DNA from: an uncultured Actinomycetes bacterium
GTDB taxonomy: Bacteria > Actinomycetota > UBA4738 > HRBIN12
NCBI GenBank assembly: GCA_963850315.1
Contig: CAWKKN010000007.1
Coordinates: 71,222 to 135,221, forward strand
Length of the DNA: 64,000 nucleotides
Direction of reading: 5' to 3'
A program made the position numbers and the translations under genes. Below, piece after piece: positions 1-9,285 of the stretch (positions within the stretch are counted from its first letter, which is position 1; every line of letters begins with the position of its first letter). The notes below the pieces were generated by a model. It had not been told where the DNA came from. It was given only the letters and a program-made list of their open reading frames with translations, and made no database searches.

Positions 1-604
1 TGATGATCGCTGCCCAGTCCATCACGAAGTAATGGCTGATCGCCGTGAAGCCGCGAGGAGACGTGACGCGGGAGAGGATCGACCCTTCCGTGAGCGACAT
101 ATCCATCTCGGCGTGGCCCTCCATCGAGCCGACGAGGCCTCGCTCCGCCTGGCGGCGTGCCCCCTCGACGAGCTGAGGGGTGAGGAACGCCCGGAACAGC
201 AGCGCGAGGAACACGATCATCAAGATCCCTCCGCTGAACTCCGCGAGCGTGAACTGCCACCCGATCAGCAGCGCGAGGATGATCCCCAGCTCGATCACGA
301 GGTTGGTCGAGGCGAACTCGAAGGCCATCGCCGCGGTGAAGTCGGCGCCCTTGCGGAAGATCGATCGTGCGAGCGCGACGGCGGCGTACGAGCACGAGGA
401 AGAGGCCGCTCCGAGACCCGTGGCGATCGCGAGCGAACGGGGGGAGTCGTTTGGGAGCAATCGAGTCATCTCCCGTTTGGACACCACTGCCTGCACGCAC
501 CCGGACAGGGCGAACCCGAGGATCAGCGCCCACAAGATCTCCCAGGTCATACCGAACGCGAGCCTGAGCGCGTCACCCACCGCTGCGGAAACACTCGCGA
601 ACAT
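1..604 (-). CDS. DUF318/ArsP-like permease (COG0701-type predicted permease), N-terminal part only; 3' end lies beyond window start
   Basis: Minus-strand frame from ATG (complement 602-604) reads MFASVSAAVGDALRLAFGMTWEILWALILGFALSGCVQAVVSKREM...SSCSYAAVALARSIF. This is a hydrophobic multi-TM sequence with the Cys-containing motif typical of DUF318 permeases. Not in the ORF track because its stop is outside the window. Confidence 0.55.
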   Translation of the reverse strand, partial: MFASVSAAVGDALRLAFGMTWEILWALILGFALSGCVQAVVSKREMTRLLPNDSPRSLAIATGLGAASSSCSYAAVALARSIFRKGADFTAAMAFEFASTNLVIELGIILALLIGWQFTLAEFSGGILMIVFLALLFRAFLTPQLVEGARRQAERGLVGSMEGHAEMDMSLTEGSILSRVTSPRGFTAISHYFVMDWAAII

Positions 605-872
605 GACGGCCCATGATGACCCATGATCGTGGACCTCCGCGGGCCCGAGTGCGCTGATCGTCTTCAGGGCGGCGCACTGCGACATCATGCACGATGCCGG
701 GCGCAGGCGAAGTGTCCCTCCCGCACCAGGTCGGCTGACTCTTGGTGCAACGGCTGTCCTGCGGTACAGAGGAGTTGGAAGCCTGCATGCGGGGTGGAGG
801 ACGATGAAGACCCACGCGATCAGCAGACCCGCTTTGATCCGATGCCGGCCGGTAAGGAAGAGGAGAGCTGTG

Positions 873-2084
873 ATGGGCACCGGGCCCCGCAGGGACACGT
901 ACCTGGGATGCGCGATCCTTCTCGTGCTCGTGGTGCTCGCGAGCAGCTGCAACACGCAGCAGACACCAACCGCGTCGGGCACGAGTACCGGCCCTTCAAC
1001 GACGGGCTCCTCGACGCAGCCGGTCTCGTCCACGCCGTTGCCGAGGCCGGCGAGCTGGCGGCTCTTGCCGGCCGCCCCGATCGCGGGCAACTACCCACAG
1101 CTCGGGGTGTGGGACGGCAACGAACTGCTGATCCCTGCCTCGCCAGACTCTCTGCGCGCCAAGCGCTGCCCCGAGCTGGCCGCCTACACCCCCGCTGGGG
1201 GCACGTGGCGGATGCTTCCACCCGGCCCGGGGTCAGGGGAGTGTTTCGATGGCACCGAGAAGGCGGTGTGGACCGGCAAGGAGATGCTCGTATTGGGGAT
1301 GACCAACATCGCGTTCAGCCCCGCGAGCGGCCGGTGGCGCCGTGTCCCGAGGACGCCGGGAGGAGTGGATGGACCCGGGGTGGCGGTGTGGACCGGCCGT
1401 CAGGTGATCGGCTGGGGCGGCGTGGATTGCTGCGGCATCCCCATGGACGGAGGAGCGGCGTATACGCCGGCTACCAACTCGTGGAGGTCGCTCCCTCCCT
1501 CGCCGCTCTCCGCGCGAGACGCGCCGGGGGCCTGGACCGGCACGGAGCTGATCGTCGCCGGCGGGGACGACGGGGAAGGTGGGCACCACTTCGCCGACGC
1601 TGCCGCCTACAACCCCACCACGCACACCTGGCGCTCGTTGCCTCCCATGCCGGTGCGCAGGGACCAGGCCGTGGCCGTGTGGGACGGACGGGAGCTCCTC
1701 GTGATCGGCGGCGGCGGCGTCAGGGGACCGCTGGCACGCGGGGTGGCCTACGACCCGGCGACCAACCGATGGCGGTGGCTCCCCCCCATGGCGTACCCGC
1801 GGACGGGTTTCGTGGCTGAGTGGACGGGCCGTCAGGTCCTGGTGTGGGGCGGCGAGACGTTCACGGGGGCGACCTGGACGACGGGCACGTGGAAGGCGCC
1901 GCCGCACGGCGAGGCCTACGATCCCGCGACCAACACGTGGTCGGCGCTCCCGATGGCACCTCTGCGCGGCCGGATCGTTCCGCTCGGAGCGTGGACGGGC
2001 ACGAAGATGCTCGTGTGGGGCGGCTTGTCGTTGAACGTCGGCACGTTCTCCGATGGTGCCGCGTTCACACCAGGCACTCCCTAG
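873..2084 (+). CDS. Kelch-repeat (beta-propeller) secreted lipoprotein
   Basis: ATG 873 is preceded by AAGGAAGAGGAGAG. N-terminal signal peptide with a lipobox (LVVLASSC). Repeated W-x-G / AY-x-P-x-T-x-x-WR-x-LPP Kelch-like blades recur about every 50 aa. Confidence 0.7.
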   Translation: MGTGPRRDTYLGCAILLVLVVLASSCNTQQTPTASGTSTGPSTTGSSTQPVSSTPLPRPASWRLLPAAPIAGNYPQLGVWDGNELLIPASPDSLRAKRCPELAAYTPAGGTWRMLPPGPGSGECFDGTEKAVWTGKEMLVLGMTNIAFSPASGRWRRVPRTPGGVDGPGVAVWTGRQVIGWGGVDCCGIPMDGGAAYTPATNSWRSLPPSPLSARDAPGAWTGTELIVAGGDDGEGGHHFADAAAYNPTTHTWRSLPPMPVRRDQAVAVWDGRELLVIGGGGVRGPLARGVAYDPATNRWRWLPPMAYPRTGFVAEWTGRQVLVWGGETFTGATWTTGTWKAPPHGEAYDPATNTWSALPMAPLRGRIVPLGAWTGTKMLVWGGLSLNVGTFSDGAAFTPGTP

Positions 2085-2183
2085 CCGCATCAGCCGAGCG
2101 GACGCCCGGGTTGAGCGAGATCGCCCGGCGTATCCTGCGTTGGTGTCGGGATCGAACCTATCGTCCACTCGTTGACGCGAAGC

Positions 2184-2209
2184 TGTCGATTTCGTCGCTC
2201 CCGTTCGTC
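2184..2209 (+). promoter_or_regulatory. Putative ECF sigma-dependent promoter (TGTCGA-N16-CGTC) driving the YciI-like / ECF sigma operon
   Basis: TGTCGA at 2184-2189, a 16-nt spacer, then CGTC at 2206-2209, about 35 nt upstream of ATG 2243. This resembles the ECF41/ECF56-type autoregulatory motif TGTCACA-N16-CGTC. Confidence 0.35.
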
Positions 2210-2242
2210 TAATCGGCGACCATCTTCGAGGAGGAGGAAGCG

Positions 2243-2599
2243 ATGAAGTACATGCTGTTGATCCATCAAGGCACCACCCCGACGCCACCATCGCAGGAGT
2301 GGGACAGACTTCCGGAAGACGAGAAGGGGGCGGTCTACGCGGCGTACCAGGCGATCAATGAGACCCCCGGCGTCAGCCCCGGACTCCAGCTGCAGCCCGC
2401 CGAGACGGCAACCACCGTGCGGGTGCAAGACGGCAAGACGTTGACCACCGACGGTCCGTTCGTCGAGATCAAGGAGGCTATCGGCGGCTACCTCCTGTAC
2501 GAGGCCGACGATCTCGACGCTGCGATCGAGCTGGCCTCGCGGATCCCGGCGGCCCGCATGGGTGGCGCGATCGAGGTTCGTCCGATCGTGGAGTGGTAG
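2243..2599 (+). CDS. YciI-like (YCII-related / DGPF domain) protein
   Basis: 118 aa with the DGPF motif ([18 protein letters not shown]). Strong RBS GGAGGAGGAAG. Overlaps the start of the downstream sigma gene, the typical YciI-ECF sigma gene pair. Confidence 0.8.
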   Translation: MKYMLLIHQGTTPTPPSQEWDRLPEDEKGAVYAAYQAINETPGVSPGLQLQPAETATTVRVQDGKTLTTDGPFVEIKEAIGGYLLYEADDLDAAIELASRIPAARMGGAIEVRPIVEW

Positions 2600-3780
2600 C
2601 GATCCTCGAGCAGACGTTCCGCGATACCTGGGGCTATGTCCTCGCGGCCCTGATCGGCTTCCTCGGCGACTTCGACCTCGCCGAGGAGGCCGCGCAGGAG
2701 GCTTTCGCGATCGCCGCGGAGCGCTGGCCGCGCGACGGAGCCCCCACCAACCCCAGCACCTGGCTGGTGACGACGGCGCGCAACCGAGCCATCGACCGCA
2801 TCCGCCGCGAGCGCACGCTGGTCGCGAAGACCCGCCTGCTCCAGGTGCCTGAGGCAGTGGAGAACAGCGTGGAGGCGACGACGTTTCCGGACGAGCGACT
2901 CGAGCTCATCTTCCTCTGTTGTCATCCTGCGCTCGCCACCGATGCGCAGGTCGCGCTCACCCTGCGGACGCTCGGTGGCCTGAGCACCGGCCAGATCGCC
3001 CGCGCCTTCTTGGTGCCCGAGCCGACGATGGCGCAGCGGCTGGTGCGGGCGAAGCGCAAGATCAAGGCGGCCGGGATCCCGTTCCGGGTGCCGCCCGACC
3101 ACCTGCTGCCCGATCGGCTCGCCTCGGTGCTCGCGGTCGTCTACCTGATCTTCAACGAGGGTTACGGTGGCCGCGGCGAGCTGGCGGCCGAGGCGCTCCG
3201 ACTAGGTCGGGCGCTCGCCGAGCTGATGCCCGACGAGCCCGAGGCTCACGGTCTGCTGGCGATGATGCTGTTGCTCGACGCCCGCCGTGAGGCGCGGTTC
3301 CGGGATGGCGACGTGGTATTGCTCGCCGAGCAGGACCGATCGCTCTTGGACATGGCGCAGATCGCCGACGGGCGAGCGATCCTTCACCGCGCCCTGGCCC
3401 TGCACGGGCGCGGGCCCTACGTCCTGCAGGCGGCGATCGCCTCCCTACATGCCGACGAGCCGCGTGACTGGCCCCAGATCGCCGACCTCTACGCCGAACT
3501 TGCCCGTCTCACCGACTCGCCGGTCGTCGAGCTGAGCCGGGCCGTCGCGGTCGCCGAGGAGCACGGTCCTCAGGCGGGACTCGACATCGTCGATGGCCTC
3601 GCCCTCGAGGACTACCACTACCTGCATTCCACACGGGGCGAGCTGCTGCGCCGCCTCGGTCGAACGGAGGAGGCCCGCGACGCGTTCCGCCGTGCGCTGG
3701 GGCTGGTCCACGACGACGCCGAGAGGCGCTTGCTCGAGCGGCGGCTAGCGGAGCTCGGCGGGGCCACCGGTCCCGCCTAG
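2593..3780 (+). CDS. ECF-family RNA polymerase sigma factor with long C-terminal TPR-like extension (COG4941 / ECF56-like)
   Basis: The N-terminus carries sigma-70 regions 2 and 4 ([18 protein letters not shown]...[28 protein letters not shown]). About 200 extra C-terminal residues follow. GTG start overlaps the YciI-like stop. Confidence 0.85.
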   Translation: MVAILEQTFRDTWGYVLAALIGFLGDFDLAEEAAQEAFAIAAERWPRDGAPTNPSTWLVTTARNRAIDRIRRERTLVAKTRLLQVPEAVENSVEATTFPDERLELIFLCCHPALATDAQVALTLRTLGGLSTGQIARAFLVPEPTMAQRLVRAKRKIKAAGIPFRVPPDHLLPDRLASVLAVVYLIFNEGYGGRGELAAEALRLGRALAELMPDEPEAHGLLAMMLLLDARREARFRDGDVVLLAEQDRSLLDMAQIADGRAILHRALALHGRGPYVLQAAIASLHADEPRDWPQIADLYAELARLTDSPVVELSRAVAVAEEHGPQAGLDIVDGLALEDYHYLHSTRGELLRRLGRTEEARDAFRRALGLVHDDAERRLLERRLAELGGATGPA

Positions 3781-3888
3781 CGATGAACGACCCAGAGCAG
3801 GACAGGCTTTGACTCGGTCCGGGCCCTCGGCCCATAGTTACTCGCCGACGCAGGGTCGCCAGGTTCATGGGTCGAGGGGAGGACAACG

Positions 3889-4260
3889 ATGATCGGTGTA
3901 ACGATGGTGGTGGCAACGGTGCCGGTCACCGATCTCGTGCGAGCGAAGGCCTTCTACGGCGAGACGCTGGGCTTGACGTTCCTCTGGGAGAATCCGGTCT
4001 CGGTCCGCTTCCGCTGTGGGGATGGCAGCGAGCTCTCGATCTTCCAGCGCCCGCCGATCGTCACGGAGCACACCCTTGCCCACTTCGAGGTCACCGACAT
4101 CGAGGCCACGGTCGCCGACCTCGAGGCCAAGGGTGTCTCGTTCATCGACTACACGGAAGGGCCGCTCACGACCACGGGCCACATCGCACAACTCGGTCCG
4201 GCGCATGCCGCGTGGTTCCGCGACCCCGATGGGAACACCCTCGGCCTCAGACAGGGGTAG
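3889..4260 (+). CDS. VOC-family (glyoxalase/bleomycin-resistance fold) protein
   Basis: 123 aa. RBS GAGGGGAGGA. Motif DPDGNTLGL and a glyoxalase-like beta-alpha-beta layout. Confidence 0.7.
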   Translation: MIGVTMVVATVPVTDLVRAKAFYGETLGLTFLWENPVSVRFRCGDGSELSIFQRPPIVTEHTLAHFEVTDIEATVADLEAKGVSFIDYTEGPLTTTGHIAQLGPAHAAWFRDPDGNTLGLRQG

Positions 4261-4281
4261 GGCCGACAGCTGTCGCGACCG

Positions 4282-4521
4282 ATGACGGACTGGGTCACGA
4301 TCTCGGCGCTCGCGACCGCGGGGGGAACCCTCGTGCTGGCGGGCTGGCTCCGAGACTGCATCACGGAGCGCACGATCTTCGCGGTAGAGCTCCTCTATAG
4401 CGATCACGAGGGATCGCAGCGCGCGATCGGCCTGTTCGCCCTGGCGCCCGACGGCGACGGCGATCAGTGGATCTGCTCGGTCGTGCGGCACTGGAACCTG
4501 GACCGTCCCAACCCGCGCTGA
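4282..4521 (+). CDS. Hypothetical small protein (N-terminal TM helix)
   Basis: 79-aa ORF starting 22 nt after the VOC gene. No recognisable domain. Coding-like GC3. Confidence 0.35.
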   Translation: MTDWVTISALATAGGTLVLAGWLRDCITERTIFAVELLYSDHEGSQRAIGLFALAPDGDGDQWICSVVRHWNLDRPNPR

Positions 4522-4572
4522 CATCGGGGCCGTACGATCCTTCCTACCTGGATCTACCGAGGGGGTTCACAC

Positions 4573-5379
4573 ATGTCGGATAGCGGAAGCGCGTTCACCG
4601 AGTCGGAGGACCATCCGTGGACCCGCCGGATCCCACCGCACCCCAAGCGAACGGATTCACCGACCTACCGTGCGTCCCGCGACAGTATGAACGAGAAGGC
4701 CAAGGGGATCGACCCGTTCTTCTACGGGGCGCCGGCCTACGAGGACCATCACGGGGGCGGCCTCTGGCTGAAGGACGACCAGGGCTGGTTCTTGGTTCGC
4801 AACGTTGCCGGGGTCGAGTGGAGCGCTCAGTTCTGCGCCGACCCGAAGAAGGTCGATCAGCTCCGCCTCAATGCTCGCAGGCTCTATGCGGCGTTCCCCG
4901 ATGCGGTAGCCGAGCTGGGGATCCGGGACCTGCTGGACACGCCGATCGTCGATGCGACCGGGATCGCGAACTGGACGGACTCGATCTGCAACGCCAGCGT
5001 GCCGCTCCCGGGAGACATGCATACGGGGGTGCTCCCCACCGCCGGTGGCATCCACCACTACCCTGCCCCGGTCGCCGAGATCGCCTTCTTCAAGCAGGAC
5101 GACTTCCAGCTCTGGATCACCGACGAGCAAGCCAACCAGGTCGCCGTCGTACCGGTCGCTCCGAGGGGCTCGGGTGACGGCCGGGTCCAGGTGCTGCACG
5201 TCCGGCCGCCGGATCCTGCGGCAACGCGCCCACCCGCGGACTGGGGGACACCGAGCGGCGCGATCCTCGAGGCTCAGAGCACGCTCGCGGAGAAAGCCTT
5301 CGGCGAGCAGTACGGCAAGATCGCCACCGGCCACATCGCAGAAGGCGATCCGCTCGCCGACGCCCCACTACCGAGCTGA
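4573..5379 (+). CDS. Hypothetical protein, no recognisable domain
   Basis: 268-aa ORF with RBS GAGGGGG. Coding-like codon usage. No family motif recognised by eye. Confidence 0.5.
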   Translation: MSDSGSAFTESEDHPWTRRIPPHPKRTDSPTYRASRDSMNEKAKGIDPFFYGAPAYEDHHGGGLWLKDDQGWFLVRNVAGVEWSAQFCADPKKVDQLRLNARRLYAAFPDAVAELGIRDLLDTPIVDATGIANWTDSICNASVPLPGDMHTGVLPTAGGIHHYPAPVAEIAFFKQDDFQLWITDEQANQVAVVPVAPRGSGDGRVQVLHVRPPDPAATRPPADWGTPSGAILEAQSTLAEKAFGEQYGKIATGHIAEGDPLADAPLPS

Positions 5380-5472
5380 GCGACTGGAGTTGATCGCGAC
5401 CTCGGCCAATTCCGGCCAAGGATCTACGGCCGAGCCTCGCGGTGAAGGATCGGGGCGGGTCGCGACGGGTGC

Positions 5473-5775
5473 TCAGCCGGGCATCTTGGCGGCGATCACA
5501 TCGACGGGCCGGATGTCGGGCGGCTCGGAGAAGAGCTCATCGGCCCGAGCCATCACTGCCTCGGCGACCCGGCCGTTCAGATGTGCCTGGCGACCCGCGT
5601 CGTCCGGGAACGCGTCGAAGATCGCGAACTCCGACGGCCCCAGTCGCACCGCGAACCACGCGGTCGTAGCCGGCTCATCCTGGACGACCGCCAGCCCCCC
5701 GTCCAGGAAGCTCGCAACCTCGTCTTCCTTGCCGGGCTTCGCCTTGAACCCAACCAGCAATCCGACACTCACCAC
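5473..5775 (-). CDS. Antibiotic-biosynthesis-monooxygenase (ABM) domain protein
   Basis: 100 aa. Ferredoxin-like ABM fold pattern (VSVGLLVGFKAKPGKEDEV...AVRLGPSEFAIFDAF). Confidence 0.7.
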   Translation of the reverse strand: MVSVGLLVGFKAKPGKEDEVASFLDGGLAVVQDEPATTAWFAVRLGPSEFAIFDAFPDDAGRQAHLNGRVAEAVMARADELFSEPPDIRPVDVIAAKMPG

Positions 5776-5900
5776 GTGGAGCCTCCTCCCGACGAGGGCG
5801 ATGTCGACATCGCCGCGTCAACCACGGAACAAGAACCTTCCACAGATCACCTTAGTGCGGCTTTCGCCAAGCGGGTTGGGGTAGCGACTAGTGTTGCGGG

Positions 5901-6410
5901 ATGACCAGGCCCGATCTCGAAGACGCGTTCAGACATCACGTGTGGGCGACGATGCGCCTGATCGACGCCTGCATGCCGCTGACCCAGGAGCAGCTCGCAA
6001 GCCCGGTCCCCGGGACGTACGGCTCGGTTCTCGACACCCTCCGGCACCTCGTGGGCTCGGACTCGTGGTACCTGTTCGTGATCGGTGAAGAGCACACGGC
6101 TCGCATCGAGGAAGACATCATGCAGCTGCCGGACCTCCGGGAGGCCATGGAGCGCGACGGATCGGAGTGGTCGGCGATCCTCGCGGAAGGGCGCGACCCG
6201 GATTCCGTCGTCGTCGCGCATCGATCCGAGGGGACGGACGGCCACGCACCCCTGGGGATCCGGCTCGCGCAGGTGTTGCACCACGGCACGGATCATCGGA
6301 GCCAGATCTGCACCGGACTCACCGCGCTCGGGATCGAACCCCCTGACATCGACGTTTGGGCCTTCGGTGAGCTGGACGGCCGCGTCTTCGACACCCCACG
6401 CGGCTCCTAG
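5901..6410 (+). CDS. DinB/YfiT-like (DinB_2) putative metal-dependent enzyme
   Basis: 169 aa. Motifs HHVWATMRLIDAC...TLRHLVGSDSWY...HHGTDHRSQI are typical of DinB_2 four-helix bundle proteins. Confidence 0.75.
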   Translation: MTRPDLEDAFRHHVWATMRLIDACMPLTQEQLASPVPGTYGSVLDTLRHLVGSDSWYLFVIGEEHTARIEEDIMQLPDLREAMERDGSEWSAILAEGRDPDSVVVAHRSEGTDGHAPLGIRLAQVLHHGTDHRSQICTGLTALGIEPPDIDVWAFGELDGRVFDTPRGS

Positions 6411-6436
6411 CGTGCTCTCTCGCGAGCGAGGGGGAT

Positions 6437-6838
6437 TCAGGTCCTGCGGCGCAGGACGGCGAGCGCTACGCCGTAGCTGATCCCGAACACCATGCAGATC
6501 ACCCCGTAGGCGCCGGGATCGCCGCCGTTGCGAGCGATGTTGACCACGGCGGCGGCGACCGTGAACAGCGCGGTGGCCGAACCGGCGGCGGCGGTCGCCC
6601 GCAGATCGAGCGCATGCTGGCGCTCGTCGCTCCCGCCGCGCATGATGGCCGCGACGTCCCCACCTCCACCCGACCACACGAACGCGATCACGGCGAGGAC
6701 GATGTACGCGCCGATCACCGCGGCCGCGACACCCGGATGACCTCCCACCCAGGCTGCTATCGCGATGGCGCCACCGCCCACCAGCAGCACGGCCGCGGAG
6801 AGTCCACGATGCCCGTTCCTGGATGACTGTCGCATCAC
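6437..6838 (-). CDS. Small integral membrane protein (about 4 TM) co-transcribed with XRE regulator
   Basis: 133 aa, Gly/Ala-rich hydrophobic. Its start overlaps the stop of the upstream XRE gene by 4 nt. Confidence 0.5.
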   Translation of the reverse strand: MMRQSSRNGHRGLSAAVLLVGGGAIAIAAWVGGHPGVAAAVIGAYIVLAVIAFVWSGGGGDVAAIMRGGSDERQHALDLRATAAAGSATALFTVAAAVVNIARNGGDPGAYGVICMVFGISYGVALAVLRRRT

Positions 6839-7038
6839 GCGTCCTCCTCGTCCATCTCGAAGATCTCCTGAACGGCCGAACGGAACAGCCGCGCCATCCG
6901 GAACGCCAGCGGGAGCGACGGCAGATAGCGTCCCGCCTCGATCGAGTTGATCGTCTGTCTCGACACCCCAAGCGCCTCGCCAAGATCGGACTGCGTCATG
7001 CCTGCTCGCGTCCGCATCGCCCGTACCCGGTTCCGCAC
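6835..7038 (-). CDS. XRE-family helix-turn-helix transcriptional regulator
   Basis: 67 aa. Classic HTH_XRE motif (GMTQSDLGEALGVSRQTINSIEAGRYLPSLPLAFRMARLF). Confidence 0.8.
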   Translation of the reverse strand: MRNRVRAMRTRAGMTQSDLGEALGVSRQTINSIEAGRYLPSLPLAFRMARLFRSAVQEIFEMDEEDA

Positions 7039-7069
7039 GATGGAAAGGTACCTTTACATCGCCCGGATG

Positions 7070-7573
7070 TCAAGCAGACTTTCCATTCCCTGCCTCCCGC
7101 ACCATCAACCAGGACTCGACACGGGCGCCCCCTCGGACGTCGGTGTCCAGCGCCCGAACGACCTTGCGTAGGCTGGCTCTCTCATACGCACGTTGAGCGC
7201 GCACGTTGTCGACGGCGGTGAGCAGCGCGACGCGCGTCGCGTCGTGCTGCTCGAACAGATATCGGCACAGCAGGTCGACCGCGCGGGAGCCGAAGCCACG
7301 CCCGAGCGCGTCGGGATCTCCGATGAAGATGTCGAGACCCCATGCACCGTCGTCGGGCGAGATCGACATCTCCCGAGCCGCCTCCGCGTAGGCCGACCAC
7401 GGGTAGAACTGCAGGTAACCGATCGGCCGAGCGTCGACCTCGATGAAAGCCGCGACGCTCGCGCTGCCGGGATCCGTGTCCGGTCCGTACTCGGTTCTGA
7501 CACGTTCCTCGGAAGGATCGGGTTCGTCGTCGGCGTCCCAGACGGCACGCACGTGCGGCTCGAGCCGCCACAC
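7070..7573 (-). CDS. Alternative gene model: stand-alone GNAT N-acetyltransferase (AAC(6')-like fold) from GTG 7573
   Basis: Main-frame GTG at 7573 gives [18 protein letters not shown]..., matching the AAC(6')-Ib N-terminal motif WLNRSHIVEWW. 167 aa is a typical GNAT size. This model requires the upstream phosphoesterase to terminate via a frameshift (see findings). Confidence 0.4.
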   Translation of the reverse strand: MWRLEPHVRAVWDADDEPDPSEERVRTEYGPDTDPGSASVAAFIEVDARPIGYLQFYPWSAYAEAAREMSISPDDGAWGLDIFIGDPDALGRGFGSRAVDLLCRYLFEQHDATRVALLTAVDNVRAQRAYERASLRKVVRALDTDVRGGARVESWLMVREAGNGKSA

Positions 7574-9229
7574 CGAGCATCTGCCGGTAGTCGACGTCGA
7601 GATCGCGCATCCGCCGGATCGACAGTTCACCATCGCGCGCCAGCTGGTCGGGATCGGCCACGCGACGATGCTGCCACATCGAGCGGAACCGGCCGGGAAG
7701 CCCGCCTGGCGCTCAGCCGGGGGGAAGGGCGTGAGCAGCACGGGCGGGCGCGGCTTCTGGTGGAAGTTGAAGTCGATCGAGAGGTTCCCCAAGCGTTTCG
7801 CGCGCTCGCGCACGTCGGGCCTGGGGTCCCAACGCCCGTCGGTCTTCGGGTCGAGCCGCCGACCGCTCAGGAAGTCGTCCTCGATGAACTTGAGATAGGC
7901 GTCCGTCGACAGCACCTGAGGGTCGATGAACCCATGCCGGGCGTAAGGGCTGATGACGAGCCCGGGGACCCGGAAGCCGTAGCCTTCCCCGTCGACCTTC
8001 GGAGGTACGACGTGATCGTAGAAACCTCCCCAGTCGTCCCAGCTCAGGAAGATCGCTGAGCTCCTCCAGTCGGGTCCCGACATGACGGTGTTGATGAGAT
8101 GGGTGACGTAGGCCTGGCCCGCAGTCACCGACGCCGGCGGGTGTTCGCTCTCACGCCAGTTCGGCACGACCCATGACACGGACGGGAGCGTGCCGGCGGC
8201 GGCCGCCCGCAGGAACGCATCGGTGCCGTGCACGTCGCCGACCTGTCGATCCCTGTGCACGTCCTGGAAGGACGGGAGCGGGTTCCAGATGTCGGGGGTG
8301 CTGACGCTCTGAGGCCGCTTGCGACAGACCTCCAGCTGATCAGCGCAATCGGGCTGGGATCCCGGCGCAACGTAGTACCCCCAGCTCACGTGGTGCTTCG
8401 CCAGCAGGTACGTGAGATCGGTCCACTCGAACGGCGCGGGGTTGGCCTTGCGTCCGTGCGGCTTCGGGTTGCGCAGGTCGGTGTGGCAGCTCGCGACGTC
8501 GTTGCGTTTGGGACAGCGCGCCGACCACCCCGACACCATGTAGAGGTGTGCGGGCTCGCTCCACGACGACACGGCCTCGAACATGTGGTCCTGCAGCACG
8601 AAGTCCTTCGCGTAGGTCCAGTAGTTGGGGATCTCCGCGGCCGTGTGATAGCCCATGGCGTCCGTCCGATGCCCCTCGGCGAGCACGCCGGCGCACTGCG
8701 GGTTGGTGAGATGGCGGAGACAACGCCGTCCATGGGCACCCGCCCGGGCAGTGGCGACGAATCCGTTCATCCGTCCGCGATCCAGATCTCGCAGGAACGC
8801 CCCGTGGGTGTGCGGACCGCCGGCCTCCACGACCCCCGTCTGATGGAACGGCGCGACACACGTGTGGTTGTACGGGTCCGGCACGCTGACCGTGGGCACT
8901 CCGTCCTTCATCGGGATGCCGTCCGCTCCCGGAAACGTCCCGAAGTAGGAATCGAAGGAGCGGTTCTCCTGCATGATCACGATGATGTGCTTGATCTTGT
9001 GGATCCCGCGGTTGCTCACGTCCCGCAGCGGAGCGGGGAGCGGGTCGGGCACCGTGGGGTGACACCTTGGCGTGACCGCCGTCGCGGAACGGAACGCTAC
9101 GAGGCCGGCCTCGGCCAGGACGGCGGCCACGAGACACAGCACGAGCGCGCGAAGCGCCCAGCCGGACCGTGTCCCCACATGCCATGAGTCCACGACCCTT
9201 CGTCCGTCACCGTGCCCGCGGGGGTTCAT
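7070..9229 (-). CDS. Phosphoesterase-family protein (phospholipase C / acid phosphatase AcpA-like, signal peptide) read through in-frame into a C-terminal GNAT domain; apparent fusion or lost stop
   Basis: N-terminal signal peptide, then the phosphoesterase signature [22 protein letters not shown] and an AcpA-like C-terminal region ([13 protein letters not shown]). A low-complexity linker follows, then a GNAT domain ([12 protein letters not shown]...[10 protein letters not shown]...[11 protein letters not shown]) to the stop at 7070. There is no in-frame stop between the two domains. Confidence 0.55.
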   Translation of the reverse strand: MNPRGHGDGRRVVDSWHVGTRSGWALRALVLCLVAAVLAEAGLVAFRSATAVTPRCHPTVPDPLPAPLRDVSNRGIHKIKHIIVIMQENRSFDSYFGTFPGADGIPMKDGVPTVSVPDPYNHTCVAPFHQTGVVEAGGPHTHGAFLRDLDRGRMNGFVATARAGAHGRRCLRHLTNPQCAGVLAEGHRTDAMGYHTAAEIPNYWTYAKDFVLQDHMFEAVSSWSEPAHLYMVSGWSARCPKRNDVASCHTDLRNPKPHGRKANPAPFEWTDLTYLLAKHHVSWGYYVAPGSQPDCADQLEVCRKRPQSVSTPDIWNPLPSFQDVHRDRQVGDVHGTDAFLRAAAAGTLPSVSWVVPNWRESEHPPASVTAGQAYVTHLINTVMSGPDWRSSAIFLSWDDWGGFYDHVVPPKVDGEGYGFRVPGLVISPYARHGFIDPQVLSTDAYLKFIEDDFLSGRRLDPKTDGRWDPRPDVRERAKRLGNLSIDFNFHQKPRPPVLLTPFPPAERQAGFPAGSARCGSIVAWPIPTSWRAMVNCRSGGCAISTSTTGRCSVWRLEPHVRAVWDADDEPDPSEERVRTEYGPDTDPGSASVAAFIEVDARPIGYLQFYPWSAYAEAAREMSISPDDGAWGLDIFIGDPDALGRGFGSRAVDLLCRYLFEQHDATRVALLTAVDNVRAQRAYERASLRKVVRALDTDVRGGARVESWLMVREAGNGKSA

Positions 9230-9285
9230 CCTTGATGCTTCGACAGATCCGCCCTCTCAGCCAAGTGCCGTTCCACGAAGCCGTG

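Noticed and set aside
7182-7679. Frame-shifted ORF MWQHRRV... as the GNAT N-terminus
   Set aside because: GNAT homology ([11 protein letters not shown]...GYLQFY) continues in the main frame, not in this frame. The [12 protein letters not shown] resemblance to GNAT N-termini is probably coincidental.
7193-9187. Long plus-strand ORFs (7193-8059, 8228-9187) opposite the phosphoesterase gene
   Set aside because: Arg/Gly/Ala/Pro-rich low-complexity translations typical of antisense frames in 70% GC DNA. No domain signatures. Fully overlapped by a well-supported minus-strand gene.
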